DNA of 32,000 nt from Corynebacterium glutamicum ATCC 13032. GTDB taxonomy: Bacteria > Actinomycetota > Actinomycetes > Mycobacteriales > Mycobacteriaceae. The notes beneath the pieces were generated by a model, which worked only from the letters and a program-made list of their open reading frames with translations, did no database searches and was not told where the DNA came from. A program made the translations under genes and the position numbers. Shown piece after piece: positions 18,312 to 27,213 of the stretch (within the stretch, counting starts at the first letter, position 1; every line of letters starts with the position of its first letter). The DNA lies in NCBI RefSeq assembly GCF_000011325.1, contig NC_003450.3, positions 1,860,001 through 1,892,000 of the forward strand. Direction: 5' to 3'.

Positions 18312-19403
18312 ATGAGTACAAAACCCACTATTGTGTCCACATTTTCTGGTTGCGGTGGCCTCGATCTTGGCCTCCAAGAGGTCGGATTCGACCCCATTTG
18401 GGCCAACGACTTCTCAGAAGAAGCAGTCCAAACCTATAAGCACAACATCGGTGACCACATTGTTCACGGCGACATCACTGAAATTGATCCGTTTACTGAT
18501 GACACCATCCCTGACGGCGATCTCGTCACCGGCGGCTTCCCGTGCCAGGACTTCTCCATGATCTGGAAGCGTCCTGGACTCGACGGCAAGCGTGGCACCC
18601 TGTACCAAAACTTCCGTGACTTTGTTGCAGCAAAGAAGCCTAAAGCCTTTATCGCAGAAAACGTGAAGGGCCTACTCACTGCTAACCAGCACAAGGCTAT
18701 TAAGACCATCATTGAAGACCTCGAAGCTGTTGAGCCTGGCTACATCGTCAAGCCTCGCCTGTACAACTTCGCTGAATACGGTGTCCCACAATTCCGCGAA
18801 CGTGTGCTCATTGTTGGCATTCGCCGTGACACCGGCTTTGATTTCAAGCACCCAGCTCCTACCCATGGCCCTCGCGGTGACATGCCGTATAAGACTGCCG
18901 GCGAAGCGCTCAAAGGCGTGAAGGATGTCCCCACAAACAACAACCACATGAAGATCATGCCTCGCACCGTTGAAGTGCTTAAGCGCATCCCTGAGGGCGA
19001 AAACTTCACCGCGATCCCCAAAGATGACCCCTACTACGTCAAGGGCATGATTAGTCACGTTTACCGTCGCTTGCACCGTGATGAGCCATCCAAAACCCTT
19101 ATCGCCGGTGGCGGCGGGGGTACATGGGGATACCATTATGAAGAAAATCGAGCATTGACCAACCGCGAGCGGGCTAGAATTCAATCGTTCCCCGATGACT
19201 TTGAGTTTTTGGGATCAAACACCGAAGTCCGCCGCCAAATCGGTAATGCTGTTCCTCCTGTAGGTATGCACGCTGTGGGTGAGCGACTGATGAACCTGTA
19301 CACCGGGAATTACACTCCCGTCGATCTAGAGGAACAGCACGCGTACCTGCAGACGCTCTCCATTAAGGAACGTCTCGCGCTGGCTGATCAGGAAGCTGAT
19401 TAA
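18312..19403 (+). CDS. cglIM: DNA (cytosine-5) methyltransferase, M.CglI-type
   Basis: C5-MTase motifs: FSGCGGLDLG (I), GGFPCQDFS (IV), FIAENVKGL (VI), QIGNAVPP (X). It is the first gene of an M-R-N trio. Confidence 0.93.
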   Translation: MSTKPTIVSTFSGCGGLDLGLQEVGFDPIWANDFSEEAVQTYKHNIGDHIVHGDITEIDPFTDDTIPDGDLVTGGFPCQDFSMIWKRPGLDGKRGTLYQNFRDFVAAKKPKAFIAENVKGLLTANQHKAIKTIIEDLEAVEPGYIVKPRLYNFAEYGVPQFRERVLIVGIRRDTGFDFKHPAPTHGPRGDMPYKTAGEALKGVKDVPTNNNHMKIMPRTVEVLKRIPEGENFTAIPKDDPYYVKGMISHVYRRLHRDEPSKTLIAGGGGGTWGYHYEENRALTNRERARIQSFPDDFEFLGSNTEVRRQIGNAVPPVGMHAVGERLMNLYTGNYTPVDLEEQHAYLQTLSIKERLALADQEAD

Positions 19404-19411
19404 GTAGATAT

Positions 19412-20488
19412 ATGAAGCCCACCGTTAATGTTGTGTTCAATGCGCATCACCCCAAAGATACGCAGCCGTTGGATAAGTTCTTCGATAAAGAACTTAAAGA
19501 CACACATCATCTCGATATAACGGTGGGTTATATCAGTGAGAAATCACTACAATATTTGCTTCTTATTGCAGGCACTCACCCCGACCTCACCATCACACTC
19601 ACCTGTGGAATGCACGCTCGTGAAGGCATGACTGCTGCCCAACTGCATCATGCGCGAGTGCTCCATGACTACTTAAGCGACCATGATCGAGGCGGGGTGT
19701 TCGTTATTCCCCGATTGCGTTATCACGGCAAAATCTATCTTTTCCACAAGAACCAGCACACAGATCCTATTGCTTATATCGGTAGCGCTAACCTCTCAGC
19801 CATCGTTCCTGGGTACACCTCTACATTCGAGACCGGCGTCATCTTAGACCCCGCACCTGAAGATCTCGTGCTTCATCTCAACCGTGATGTCGTACCCCTA
19901 TGTGTCCCCATTGACACCGCGCATGTCCCCATCATTAAAGATCAAGAATCCCCGATGAAGCACGTCGCTGAAGCAACAGCTGTGTCCACCTCTGATGTTG
20001 TTGCCATCATGTCCAGCCCATTTACTTATAGTTTTGACCTTAAACTCAAAGCCACTGCCAGCAGCAACCTCAATGCTCATAACTCAGGCGGTGGCGCGCG
20101 CAAACAGAAAAACGGTAGCTTCCTTGCACGCAATTGGTATGAGGGCGAAATCATTGTCGGTGTCGAGACAACAAGACTCCCAGGTTACCCACAAAACAAA
20201 TCCGAATTCACTGCGGTCACTGATGACGGCTGGTCATTTGTTTGCAAAATCAGCGGAGGAAACGGAAAGAACCTACGCAGCAAAGGTGACCTGTCCATCC
20301 TCGGTACGTGGTTAAAGTCTCGATTCATTGAACAAGGTGCCCTGGAATACGGCGAGGATGCCACCCAAGAAAACATCGACCGTTTTGGGAGAACACATAT
20401 GACCATGCGCTATCACCCAGATTTCGATGTGTGGTCATTCGATCTCAGCCAAACCCCGAAGCCTTCGACACAGATTGGGCAGGATTAA
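19412..20488 (+). CDS. cglIR: restriction endonuclease R-protein: PLD-family (HxK) nuclease domain plus C-terminal B3-like DNA-binding region, R.CglI/R.NgoAVII type
   Basis: HKD motif HGKIYLF...YIGSANLS. The gene sits 8 nt after the MTase stop. The architecture is as described for CglI/NgoAVII. Confidence 0.85.
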   Translation: MKPTVNVVFNAHHPKDTQPLDKFFDKELKDTHHLDITVGYISEKSLQYLLLIAGTHPDLTITLTCGMHAREGMTAAQLHHARVLHDYLSDHDRGGVFVIPRLRYHGKIYLFHKNQHTDPIAYIGSANLSAIVPGYTSTFETGVILDPAPEDLVLHLNRDVVPLCVPIDTAHVPIIKDQESPMKHVAEATAVSTSDVVAIMSSPFTYSFDLKLKATASSNLNAHNSGGGARKQKNGSFLARNWYEGEIIVGVETTRLPGYPQNKSEFTAVTDDGWSFVCKISGGNGKNLRSKGDLSILGTWLKSRFIEQGALEYGEDATQENIDRFGRTHMTMRYHPDFDVWSFDLSQTPKPSTQIGQD

Positions 20489-20489
20489 T

Positions 20490-22388
20490 TTGTCACACCA
20501 CACTCACCTCAATAACTACATCACGAGCTTGAGTGATAACGCTGATCTCCGTGAAAAAGTCACCGCAACCGTAGACGCTTTCCGCCATACCGTCATGGAT
20601 GACTTCGACTACATCAGTGATCAACAAGTCCTGCTTTATGGCGATGTCCAAAGCGGTAAAACCTCACACATGCTGGGAATTATCGCAGATTGCCTCGACA
20701 GTACGTTTCACACCATTGTTATTCTGACCTCGCCTAACACACGGCTCGTGCAACAAACATACGACCGTGTTGCCCAAGCATTTCCAGATACTTTGGTGTG
20801 CGACCGTGACGGATACAATGATTTCCGTGCGAATCAAAAGAGCCTCACCCCGCGAAAATCTATCGTAGTCGTCGGAAAAATACCTGCAGTTCTTGGTAAT
20901 TGGTTACGCGTCTTTAACGACAGTGGCGCACTTTCTGGACACCCTGTACTCATTATTGATGACGAAGCAGATGCGACAAGTCTCAACACCAAAGTAAATC
21001 AGTCTGATGTTTCGACCATTAACCACCAGCTCACTAGCATAAGAGACCTTGCCACAGGATGCATCTACCTTCAGGTCACAGGTACACCTCAAGCGGTGCT
21101 TCTTCAAAGCGACGATAGCAACTGGGCAGCGGAACATGTGCTTCACTTCGCACCTGGTGAGAGCTACATCGGTGGTCAACTTTTCTTTTCTGAGCTCAAC
21201 AACCCTTATCTACGACTTTTCGCTAATACCCAATTTGACGAGGATTCTCGCTTCAGCGACGCCATTTACACCTATCTCTTAACCGCAGCACTGTTCAAAC
21301 TTCGCGGTGAAAGCTTGTGTACCATGCTCATTCACCCCAGCCACACTGCATCCAGTCATAGAGACTTCGCGCAAGAAGCCCGCCTCCAACTCACTTTCGC
21401 CTTCGAGCGATTCTATGAACCAATGATTCAGCACAATTTCCAACGTGCTTATGAACAGCTCGCACAAACTGACAGCAACCTGCCACCCTTGAGAAAAATT
21501 CTTAACATTCTTGGTGGCATGGAAGATGACTTCTCCATCCACATCGTCAATAGCGACAACCCGACTGTTGAGGAAGATTGGGCTGATGGTTATAACATTA
21601 TTGTCGGTGGCAACTCGCTTGGGCGCGGTTTAACATTCAACAACTTGCAAACCGTTTTCTACGTGCGCGAATCCAAGCGACCACAAGCAGACACCCTGTG
21701 GCAGCACGCCCGCATGTTTGGCTACAAACGCCACAAAGACACCATGCGTGTGTTCATGCCGGCCACTATTGCTCAAACCTTCCAAGAGGTCTATCTCGGC
21801 AACGAAGCTATTAAAAATCAGCTCGATCATGGCACGCATATCAACGACATTCGGGTCATTTTAGGTGATGGCGTCGCACCTACTCGTGCCAATGTTCTCG
21901 ACAAACGCAAAGTTGGAAACCTCAGCGGTGGCGTCAACTACTTTGCCGCTGATCCTAGAATCAAGAATGTCGAAGCACTCGACAAAAAACTCTTGGCCTA
22001 CTTAGACAAGCACGGTGAGGACTCCACCATCGGTATGCGCGCGATAATCACCATTCTCAACGCCTTTACTGTAGACCCCAACGATCTCGACCTCGCGACC
22101 TTCAAGGCTGCGCTCCTTGACTTTGAACGCAACCAACCTCATCTCACAGCACGTATGGTGCTGCGAACAAACCGCAAAGTCAATCAGGGTACAGGCGCCC
22201 TGCTCTCCCCTACTGATCAAGCTCTCAGCCGTGCAGAAGTCGCACACCCATTATTGATCCTATACCGCATTGAAGGTGTTAACGATGCTGCTGCGCAACG
22301 AGGTGAACCTACGTGGTCAAGCGACCCTATCTGGGTGCCTAATATTAAACTCCCTGGTCAACGTCAATTCTGGTGCGTAGACGGCTAA
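20490..22388 (+). CDS. cglIIR: NTPase N-protein of the CglI/NgoAVII-type system (P-loop + Z1 domain)
   Basis: Walker A YGDVQSGKTS and DEAD-like LIIDDEADATS. Z1-like VGGNSLGRGLTFNNLQTVFYVR...LWQHARMFGYKR. I prefer TTG 20490, directly after the cglIR stop and with GCAGGA upstream, over ATG 20427 inside cglIR. Confidence 0.82.
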   Translation: MSHHTHLNNYITSLSDNADLREKVTATVDAFRHTVMDDFDYISDQQVLLYGDVQSGKTSHMLGIIADCLDSTFHTIVILTSPNTRLVQQTYDRVAQAFPDTLVCDRDGYNDFRANQKSLTPRKSIVVVGKIPAVLGNWLRVFNDSGALSGHPVLIIDDEADATSLNTKVNQSDVSTINHQLTSIRDLATGCIYLQVTGTPQAVLLQSDDSNWAAEHVLHFAPGESYIGGQLFFSELNNPYLRLFANTQFDEDSRFSDAIYTYLLTAALFKLRGESLCTMLIHPSHTASSHRDFAQEARLQLTFAFERFYEPMIQHNFQRAYEQLAQTDSNLPPLRKILNILGGMEDDFSIHIVNSDNPTVEEDWADGYNIIVGGNSLGRGLTFNNLQTVFYVRESKRPQADTLWQHARMFGYKRHKDTMRVFMPATIAQTFQEVYLGNEAIKNQLDHGTHINDIRVILGDGVAPTRANVLDKRKVGNLSGGVNYFAADPRIKNVEALDKKLLAYLDKHGEDSTIGMRAIITILNAFTVDPNDLDLATFKAALLDFERNQPHLTARMVLRTNRKVNQGTGALLSPTDQALSRAEVAHPLLILYRIEGVNDAAAQRGEPTWSSDPIWVPNIKLPGQRQFWCVDG

Positions 22389-22414
22389 ACCTCGCCACCA
22401 CCAAAAAACATACA

Positions 22415-22452
22415 AACACCGCTGTTGATTACGTTCAACAGCGGTGTTTTTT
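22415..22452. terminator. bidirectional rho-independent terminator between convergent genes
   Basis: A 14-bp stem, AACACCGCTGTTGA/TCAACAGCGGTGTT, with T6 on the plus side and TTGTATGTTTTTT on the minus side. Confidence 0.85.
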
Positions 22453-22466
22453 ATCGCTCACGACAC

Positions 22467-23990
22467 TTAAGCATCTTCAATACGCCTAAAGGCTCGCGCG
22501 ACTTCTTTATCAAAGTGACCCTGGGCGAGATCACGCCAATGCGGAAGCTCCACCAGCATGATGCGGAATGCTCGGGTGGTCTTATATTTACCCATAGCAG
22601 ACAGCGGATCATCCTCTGTGCCAGATAGAGCTTCTTCACCCTCAGAGTAGACACGCGACTGCTCCACTCCTGCTTGCGCGCGCATAAGTGCAATATCTTC
22701 CTGCGACAACGCCTCAATCAACACAGTGCCATCGACAGCATTAACCAAGCCGTTGTTAGCAGTCACCCGGAAATTCGGATCTTGAGCAAAAGCGTGCAGG
22801 CTCTCATCATAGGCTGCAGTGAGCTCATCTTCGAGTGAGTCCTGCAGGATGTGGCCGAATTGATCAGCCAGCATATCTCGTGACACCTTGCCTTCGGCAT
22901 AACGCTTCAACCGCATGTCAGCGAGCTTATGTTCTGCATTCTCCTGATCGTGAATGAATTCATCATTGACCTCTGCTTCTTCAGACAGAGATTTCTTTTT
23001 CACCTTCGTACCAGTAGCCACGGGGAAGCCCTGAGCACTGTCTTCGAACTCATCATCAAAAACGTCATATTCAGACTCCATGAAATCACGAGCATTCATG
23101 ACAGACTCATCCCCCTCGTCATAATCCGGCGTGTCATCGTACTCATCTTTCGCGATCATCGTGTCCACGATGTCCATGATTTCTGCTGAATACACATCCA
23201 TATCCAGGCGTGCAATATCAGAGTCATCGAGCCCAGTCGCCTTTTTATAAATATCGACGGCACGCTGAGTACGAATCGACTGCGCCATGCGCTTTTCCAG
23301 CATCGCCATAAAGTCCGGTGCATTTTGATTCACATCGAATTCATTAGCGCTCGACAGTGTTGGAATAGTCTGCAACGAGTATTCGCGACCCGGTTGGATA
23401 ATCTGGTTAGCAAACAACATGAACGACATCGGCCAAATCGTTTCATTGCGTGACCACACCGGATACTGACCCGCACGGAAGACGATGGCGTTCTGCGATG
23501 GCAGAGTATTTAGGTCATTATAAGACACCACCGGCTCTTTTTCAGTTGCAGACGTGTACGACACTTTACCCTCGGTGCGCATAACTAACTGTGCCAAGTC
23601 ACGGGTTACGGTCTTTGAATTTCTGCGTACAACATGTCGCTCACCTGACCAATCCACCAACGTCTTAATCATTGTTTCGTCTGTGGATTTCAAGAAGATA
23701 ATGTTGGACGTGTTGTGGGTCGGGATCATATCGTCAGTGATGTAGAGATGGTCACGGTCGGCAATGCTGATGCATTGCACGGTATCGCGGCGGGAGAATT
23801 CTACAGAGACGATTTCATTGTCTGCTGCGGGCACGTCGAGACGTGCCCGATCTGCTGGATCGAAGTTGTCGAGGATCTCTGGCGCCCGCGCTGCGACACC
23901 AGGCAGAAACACCTTATCCCCTCGTGCCAGCATCGCTTTAAGCTCTGCCGTGGTGACGATTCTGCGCTCGCCAGCAAGTGTTTGCGTCAT
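22467..23990 (-). CDS. C-terminal intein fragment (93 aa) fused to the C-terminal extein of a TraG/VirD4-type coupling ATPase (414 aa, acidic tail)
   Basis: Own RBS: GAAGGGG 9 nt upstream of the ATG. Intein blocks F/G: DTVQCISIADRDHLYITDDMIPTHN|T. The extein TSNIIFLKSTDETMIKTLVDWSGERHVV...NAIVFRAGQYPVWSRNETIWP matches the T4CP region after the Qx2QLx3YG motif. Confidence 0.85.
   Translation of the reverse strand: MTQTLAGERRIVTTAELKAMLARGDKVFLPGVAARAPEILDNFDPADRARLDVPAADNEIVSVEFSRRDTVQCISIADRDHLYITDDMIPTHNTSNIIFLKSTDETMIKTLVDWSGERHVVRRNSKTVTRDLAQLVMRTEGKVSYTSATEKEPVVSYNDLNTLPSQNAIVFRAGQYPVWSRNETIWPMSFMLFANQIIQPGREYSLQTIPTLSSANEFDVNQNAPDFMAMLEKRMAQSIRTQRAVDIYKKATGLDDSDIARLDMDVYSAEIMDIVDTMIAKDEYDDTPDYDEGDESVMNARDFMESEYDVFDDEFEDSAQGFPVATGTKVKKKSLSEEAEVNDEFIHDQENAEHKLADMRLKRYAEGKVSRDMLADQFGHILQDSLEDELTAAYDESLHAFAQDPNFRVTANNGLVNAVDGTVLIEALSQEDIALMRAQAGVEQSRVYSEGEEALSGTEDDPLSAMGKYKTTRAFRIMLVELPHWRDLAQGHFDKEVARAFRRIEDA
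23712..23990 (-). other. Int-C half of a split class-3-like intein
   Basis: Cys73 (codon 23772-23774) sits at the block F Asp position. T91-H92-N93 are followed by Thr+1 (23709-23711). ERRIVTTAELKAMLARGDKVFLP is a typical mid-intein segment. Confidence 0.75.
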
Positions 23991-24111
23991 ACTATAAACC
24001 CCTTCAATTAAATCAAGTAATTAATATACTAACTTAATTGAGTTTATTTTTACGGTTTAATTTACTCTAAGCGAAGACGCCCGGAATCACCATAAGCACC
24101 GTTTCCAGACG

Positions 24112-24160
24112 CAGAAACTAATTGAGCATATTGTAAAATATAGCTATGCTGACAATGATT
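24112..24160 (+). promoter_or_regulatory. repeat copy 1: leaderless-type promoter module (TAAAAT -10) driving a 24-codon ORF that runs antisense into 24217-24936
   Basis: 41 of 49 nt are identical to 25196-25244. The -10 box 24134-24139 ends 6 nt before ATG 24146. The mini-ORF 24146-24220 overlaps the stop of the convergent gene. Confidence 0.45.
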
Positions 24161-24216
24161 CCGCCACGACCATCTACACAGCTGACAGATAGAAGCGTTG
24201 AGAAGTGTTTTAAGTG

Positions 24217-24936
24217 TTAGCGATTAAAGCGCCCACAAATATAACCAACAGCAAATCCAGCAAGAGCACTTGTTGTTGCGCTCTCGACAGGACGGGTGGC
24301 TATATCCTCGGCAGGACTATCGGGGCTATCAGCATTATCTTCGTCATAAAAATCAGTGAGTATGCCATCAATAAAGTCATCCATGATTGATGTGATGAAA
24401 CTGGCGACTGCAATGAGCAGCAGCGATACGCACATAATCCATGCAGGTGCATCACTAAACGTATTAGGTGTGCTTGGGACGATGAATCCAAATGTAACAG
24501 AGTAGACAAGTCCGGGAATTAGTAGCGCATAAATAGCAATTAATACTACATAAGCAATAACAACACTGAACCTAGAAGAAGTCTTGTTGACGTAAAGCGC
24601 CATGCGACGTGCGATATGCGCGAACTCATGGCGACCGTGCACTACTCTATACATTGTTATCGCCATGTAGATCGCCAGGATTACTACGGATACAATCATT
24701 GCAGTCGAAGTTAGCCCTTCGACCAATGGAGTTGGCGCAATCATCAAAACCAGCAGCAGCGCTCTAATCTTGCGGACGAATAATGTGCGCAACATACTTC
24801 CTGCAATTTGCATATTGCTAGGATCGTCTGTGCCCCTGCCACGTCCGCCCTTGAGGTAGTGGTCTTCAATTCTATTGGTATTAGTCACTGGACTTTTTTC
24901 TCCTTGTGTAAATGTTCCTGAAAATAGTAGACTCAT
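24217..24936 (-). CDS. polytopic membrane protein with an HExxH motif (HEFAH, aa 103-107)
   Basis: At least four hydrophobic helices, for example ALLLVLMIAPTPLV, AMIVSVVILAIYMAITMY, FSVVIAYVVLIAIYALLIPGLVY and WIMCVSLLLIAVASFITSI. The start is uncertain: a GTG after AAGGAG lies downstream of ATG 24936. Confidence 0.6.
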   Translation of the reverse strand: MSLLFSGTFTQGEKSPVTNTNRIEDHYLKGGRGRGTDDPSNMQIAGSMLRTLFVRKIRALLLVLMIAPTPLVEGLTSTAMIVSVVILAIYMAITMYRVVHGRHEFAHIARRMALYVNKTSSRFSVVIAYVVLIAIYALLIPGLVYSVTFGFIVPSTPNTFSDAPAWIMCVSLLLIAVASFITSIMDDFIDGILTDFYDEDNADSPDSPAEDIATRPVESATTSALAGFAVGYICGRFNR

Positions 24937-25195
24937 TCGACTTTTAGGAATGGCAATTAACTCTGTCGATGAAACTGTGAAGTAAAAGCAGTTTCAGTAA
25001 AAGCACATCTATACGTGCTCTCACTATCACTGTGCGCGCATCATAAAAACGCGCAAGCACTATATAAATATCAACAGTTTCTGCACAATAATCAGAAAAC
25101 AATAAATAAGCTGGTCACCACAGCAACTCACCCCACCCGGTCCCCCTTTTTTCCTCACTGACACCGGAGCCGCCTCAAGCACCACGCTGCAATCA

Positions 25196-25244
25196 CAGAA
25201 GCTAGTTGAGCATATTGTAGAATATAACTATGCCAACACTGCTT
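25196..25244 (+). promoter_or_regulatory. repeat copy 2: leaderless-type promoter of the 606-aa nuclease gene
   Basis: TAGAAT (25218-25223) ends 6 nt before ATG 25230, and there is no SD. Weaker similarity to copy 1 extends about 30 nt further upstream. Confidence 0.5.
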
Positions 25245-27050
25245 ATTGACACCCATCCGCATCTTGCAGCGCAACTTCTTGACCCTGGTTTAGGTGAACT
25301 TCTTACAGCCGGTTCCAACAAAAAAGTGCAGTGGCAGTGCCCTAAGCACTCCAATCACATCTGGACGGCCTCGGTTAATAACCGCACCAATGCAAAGAAC
25401 CCGCGCTGCCCCTATTGTGCCGGAACACGAGTGTTGGCAGGTTTTAATGATCTCGCCACCACTCACCCGCATCTTGCTGTACAGCTGGTTGACCAAGATA
25501 TTGCCGTCACCATTTCCGCTGGTTCTGGCAAAAGACAACTGTGGCAGTGTGTAGTAAACCCAAAACACCAGTGGTTGGCTACGCCAAATAATCGCACGAG
25601 TACTAAATCTGCGAGTTCTGGTTGCCCCTACTGTGCCAACCGAGCGGTATTAGTCGGTGACAATGACTTTGCAACAACCTACCCCGAACTTGCAGCGCAA
25701 TTAGTAGATCAATCTGCAGCGACAACCTTTACAGCCGGCCACAACAAGCCTGTTGAGTGGATCTGTTGCAAGCATGAACCACCATTTATCTGGAAAACCT
25801 CACCAATTTTGCGTGTACGACAGAACACCCAGTGCCCTGTGTGCTCAGAGCGAACTGTGGCGCCGGCGCTTAATGATCTTGCAACCACTCACCCTAAACT
25901 TGCCGAGCAAATTGCAGATCCTCAACCAAGTGGTGTGAGCGCCGCGGCCATTATCCCCACCATTAGCAGGGGTTCCCATACGCAATTAACATGGCAATGT
26001 TCTAAAAATCATGACCACCAATGGGTCGCCACAGTAAAGGATCGTGTTCGCGGAACAGACTGCCCCACCTGCGCAAATACAGGAACTTCACGCAAAGAGG
26101 CTGAACTTATTGAGGTCATCCGTGCATTATTCCCAAACACTGATGTCCAGCAAGGTGCGCTCATTAATGGACGTACCGGTAATCAAGGTGCATCGCCGTC
26201 AACCGATGTACTCATACCGTCCAAAAATCTCGCTATCGAGTTCAACGGCCTGTACTGGCACTCTGAGCTTTTCATCAAAGATAAGCATTATCATGCGAAC
26301 AAATCAGCTCTCGCAGAACAAGCCGGTGTGCAGCTCATTCATGTGTGGGAGGACGACTGGAATCTTCGCCGCGACATTGTGATCCGCATGATCGCACACA
26401 AGCTTCATGCAACCCATAACCTCAGTGCTGTTTTGCCTACCGAAACTACTGACTCACGTGTGGCAACCACCGCTTTCGCCCGTACACTCACACTGTCGGT
26501 GGTCTCTGGTTCACGCGCTGCTGCATTCTTGAACAGCAACCATATTCAGGGTGCTGTCTCGGCCACTAAGCACTTTGCCCTGTGCGACAACAACGACGAT
26601 ATTCGAGCACTCCTGTCGGTGCGCTCACCAAAAAACAATGCCCGCATGTATCGCAAAAAAGGCACATGGGAAATCCAGCGCTATGCGACACTCGGTAACG
26701 TCCCTGGCGGTTTTACTAGGCTGCTGAAGTTTGCCGAGCACACACTCAACGAACACAGCACAGTACTCAAGCAATGGATCTCATTTTCTGCTGCTGATGT
26801 CTCTGACGGCAGCCTGTATCGAACTGCCGGTTTTACCGCCGAGCAACAGCTTGCACCGGATTATCGCTATGTCGGTGGCGCAACAGGTTGGCGCCGAACA
26901 CCCAAAGAAAGCTTCCAGCGCAAACGCTTTAGAGACGACCCAGCGTTGCTATGGAACGAATCTTGGACAGAGCACGAAGCAGCGCTCAACAACGAGCTCT
27001 ACAGAATCTACGATGCCGGCAAAACCCGGTGGGTTAAAAATGTTGCTTGA
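25230..27050 (+). CDS. free-standing homing-endonuclease-like protein: four tandem treble-clef zinc-ribbon repeats + PD-(D/E)xK (Vsr-like) nuclease core + unknown C-terminal domain
   Basis: The ~70-aa repeats begin at aa 8, 79, 151 and 221. Each has the form HP.LA.QL.D...W.C...H.W......R.....CP.C. Nuclease core: STDVLIPSKNLAIEFNGLYWHSE...HANK...GVQLIHVWEDDW. Confidence 0.8.
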   Translation: MPTLLIDTHPHLAAQLLDPGLGELLTAGSNKKVQWQCPKHSNHIWTASVNNRTNAKNPRCPYCAGTRVLAGFNDLATTHPHLAVQLVDQDIAVTISAGSGKRQLWQCVVNPKHQWLATPNNRTSTKSASSGCPYCANRAVLVGDNDFATTYPELAAQLVDQSAATTFTAGHNKPVEWICCKHEPPFIWKTSPILRVRQNTQCPVCSERTVAPALNDLATTHPKLAEQIADPQPSGVSAAAIIPTISRGSHTQLTWQCSKNHDHQWVATVKDRVRGTDCPTCANTGTSRKEAELIEVIRALFPNTDVQQGALINGRTGNQGASPSTDVLIPSKNLAIEFNGLYWHSELFIKDKHYHANKSALAEQAGVQLIHVWEDDWNLRRDIVIRMIAHKLHATHNLSAVLPTETTDSRVATTAFARTLTLSVVSGSRAAAFLNSNHIQGAVSATKHFALCDNNDDIRALLSVRSPKNNARMYRKKGTWEIQRYATLGNVPGGFTRLLKFAEHTLNEHSTVLKQWISFSAADVSDGSLYRTAGFTAEQQLAPDYRYVGGATGWRRTPKESFQRKRFRDDPALLWNESWTEHEAALNNELYRIYDAGKTRWVKNVA

Positions 27051-27213
27051 TTCTGCAGATTAGTTACTGAAACTGAATTAATGTAGGCTGCGTATGGCCT
27101 ATTTTTGCTGGTTGTACAGTGTTTTTCCGCATTCGTAAGGGATGAGTGACCTGTCAGGTTGCCACTTCTAACCAAATAATAAGTAATCAATTTTAAAGGA
27201 AAAGAATTAAAGC

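Noticed and set aside
18672-19184. 170-aa minus-strand ORF
   Set aside because: It is antisense to cglIM, whose C5-MTase motifs I-X are intact in the plus frame.
20427-20489. ATG 20427 as the start of the N-protein gene (653-aa version in the ORF track)
   Set aside because: It would overlap the last 62 nt of the R gene and add a basic, non-conserved-looking leader. TTG 20490, just after the R stop and preceded by GCAGGA, is more plausible. This remains unproven.
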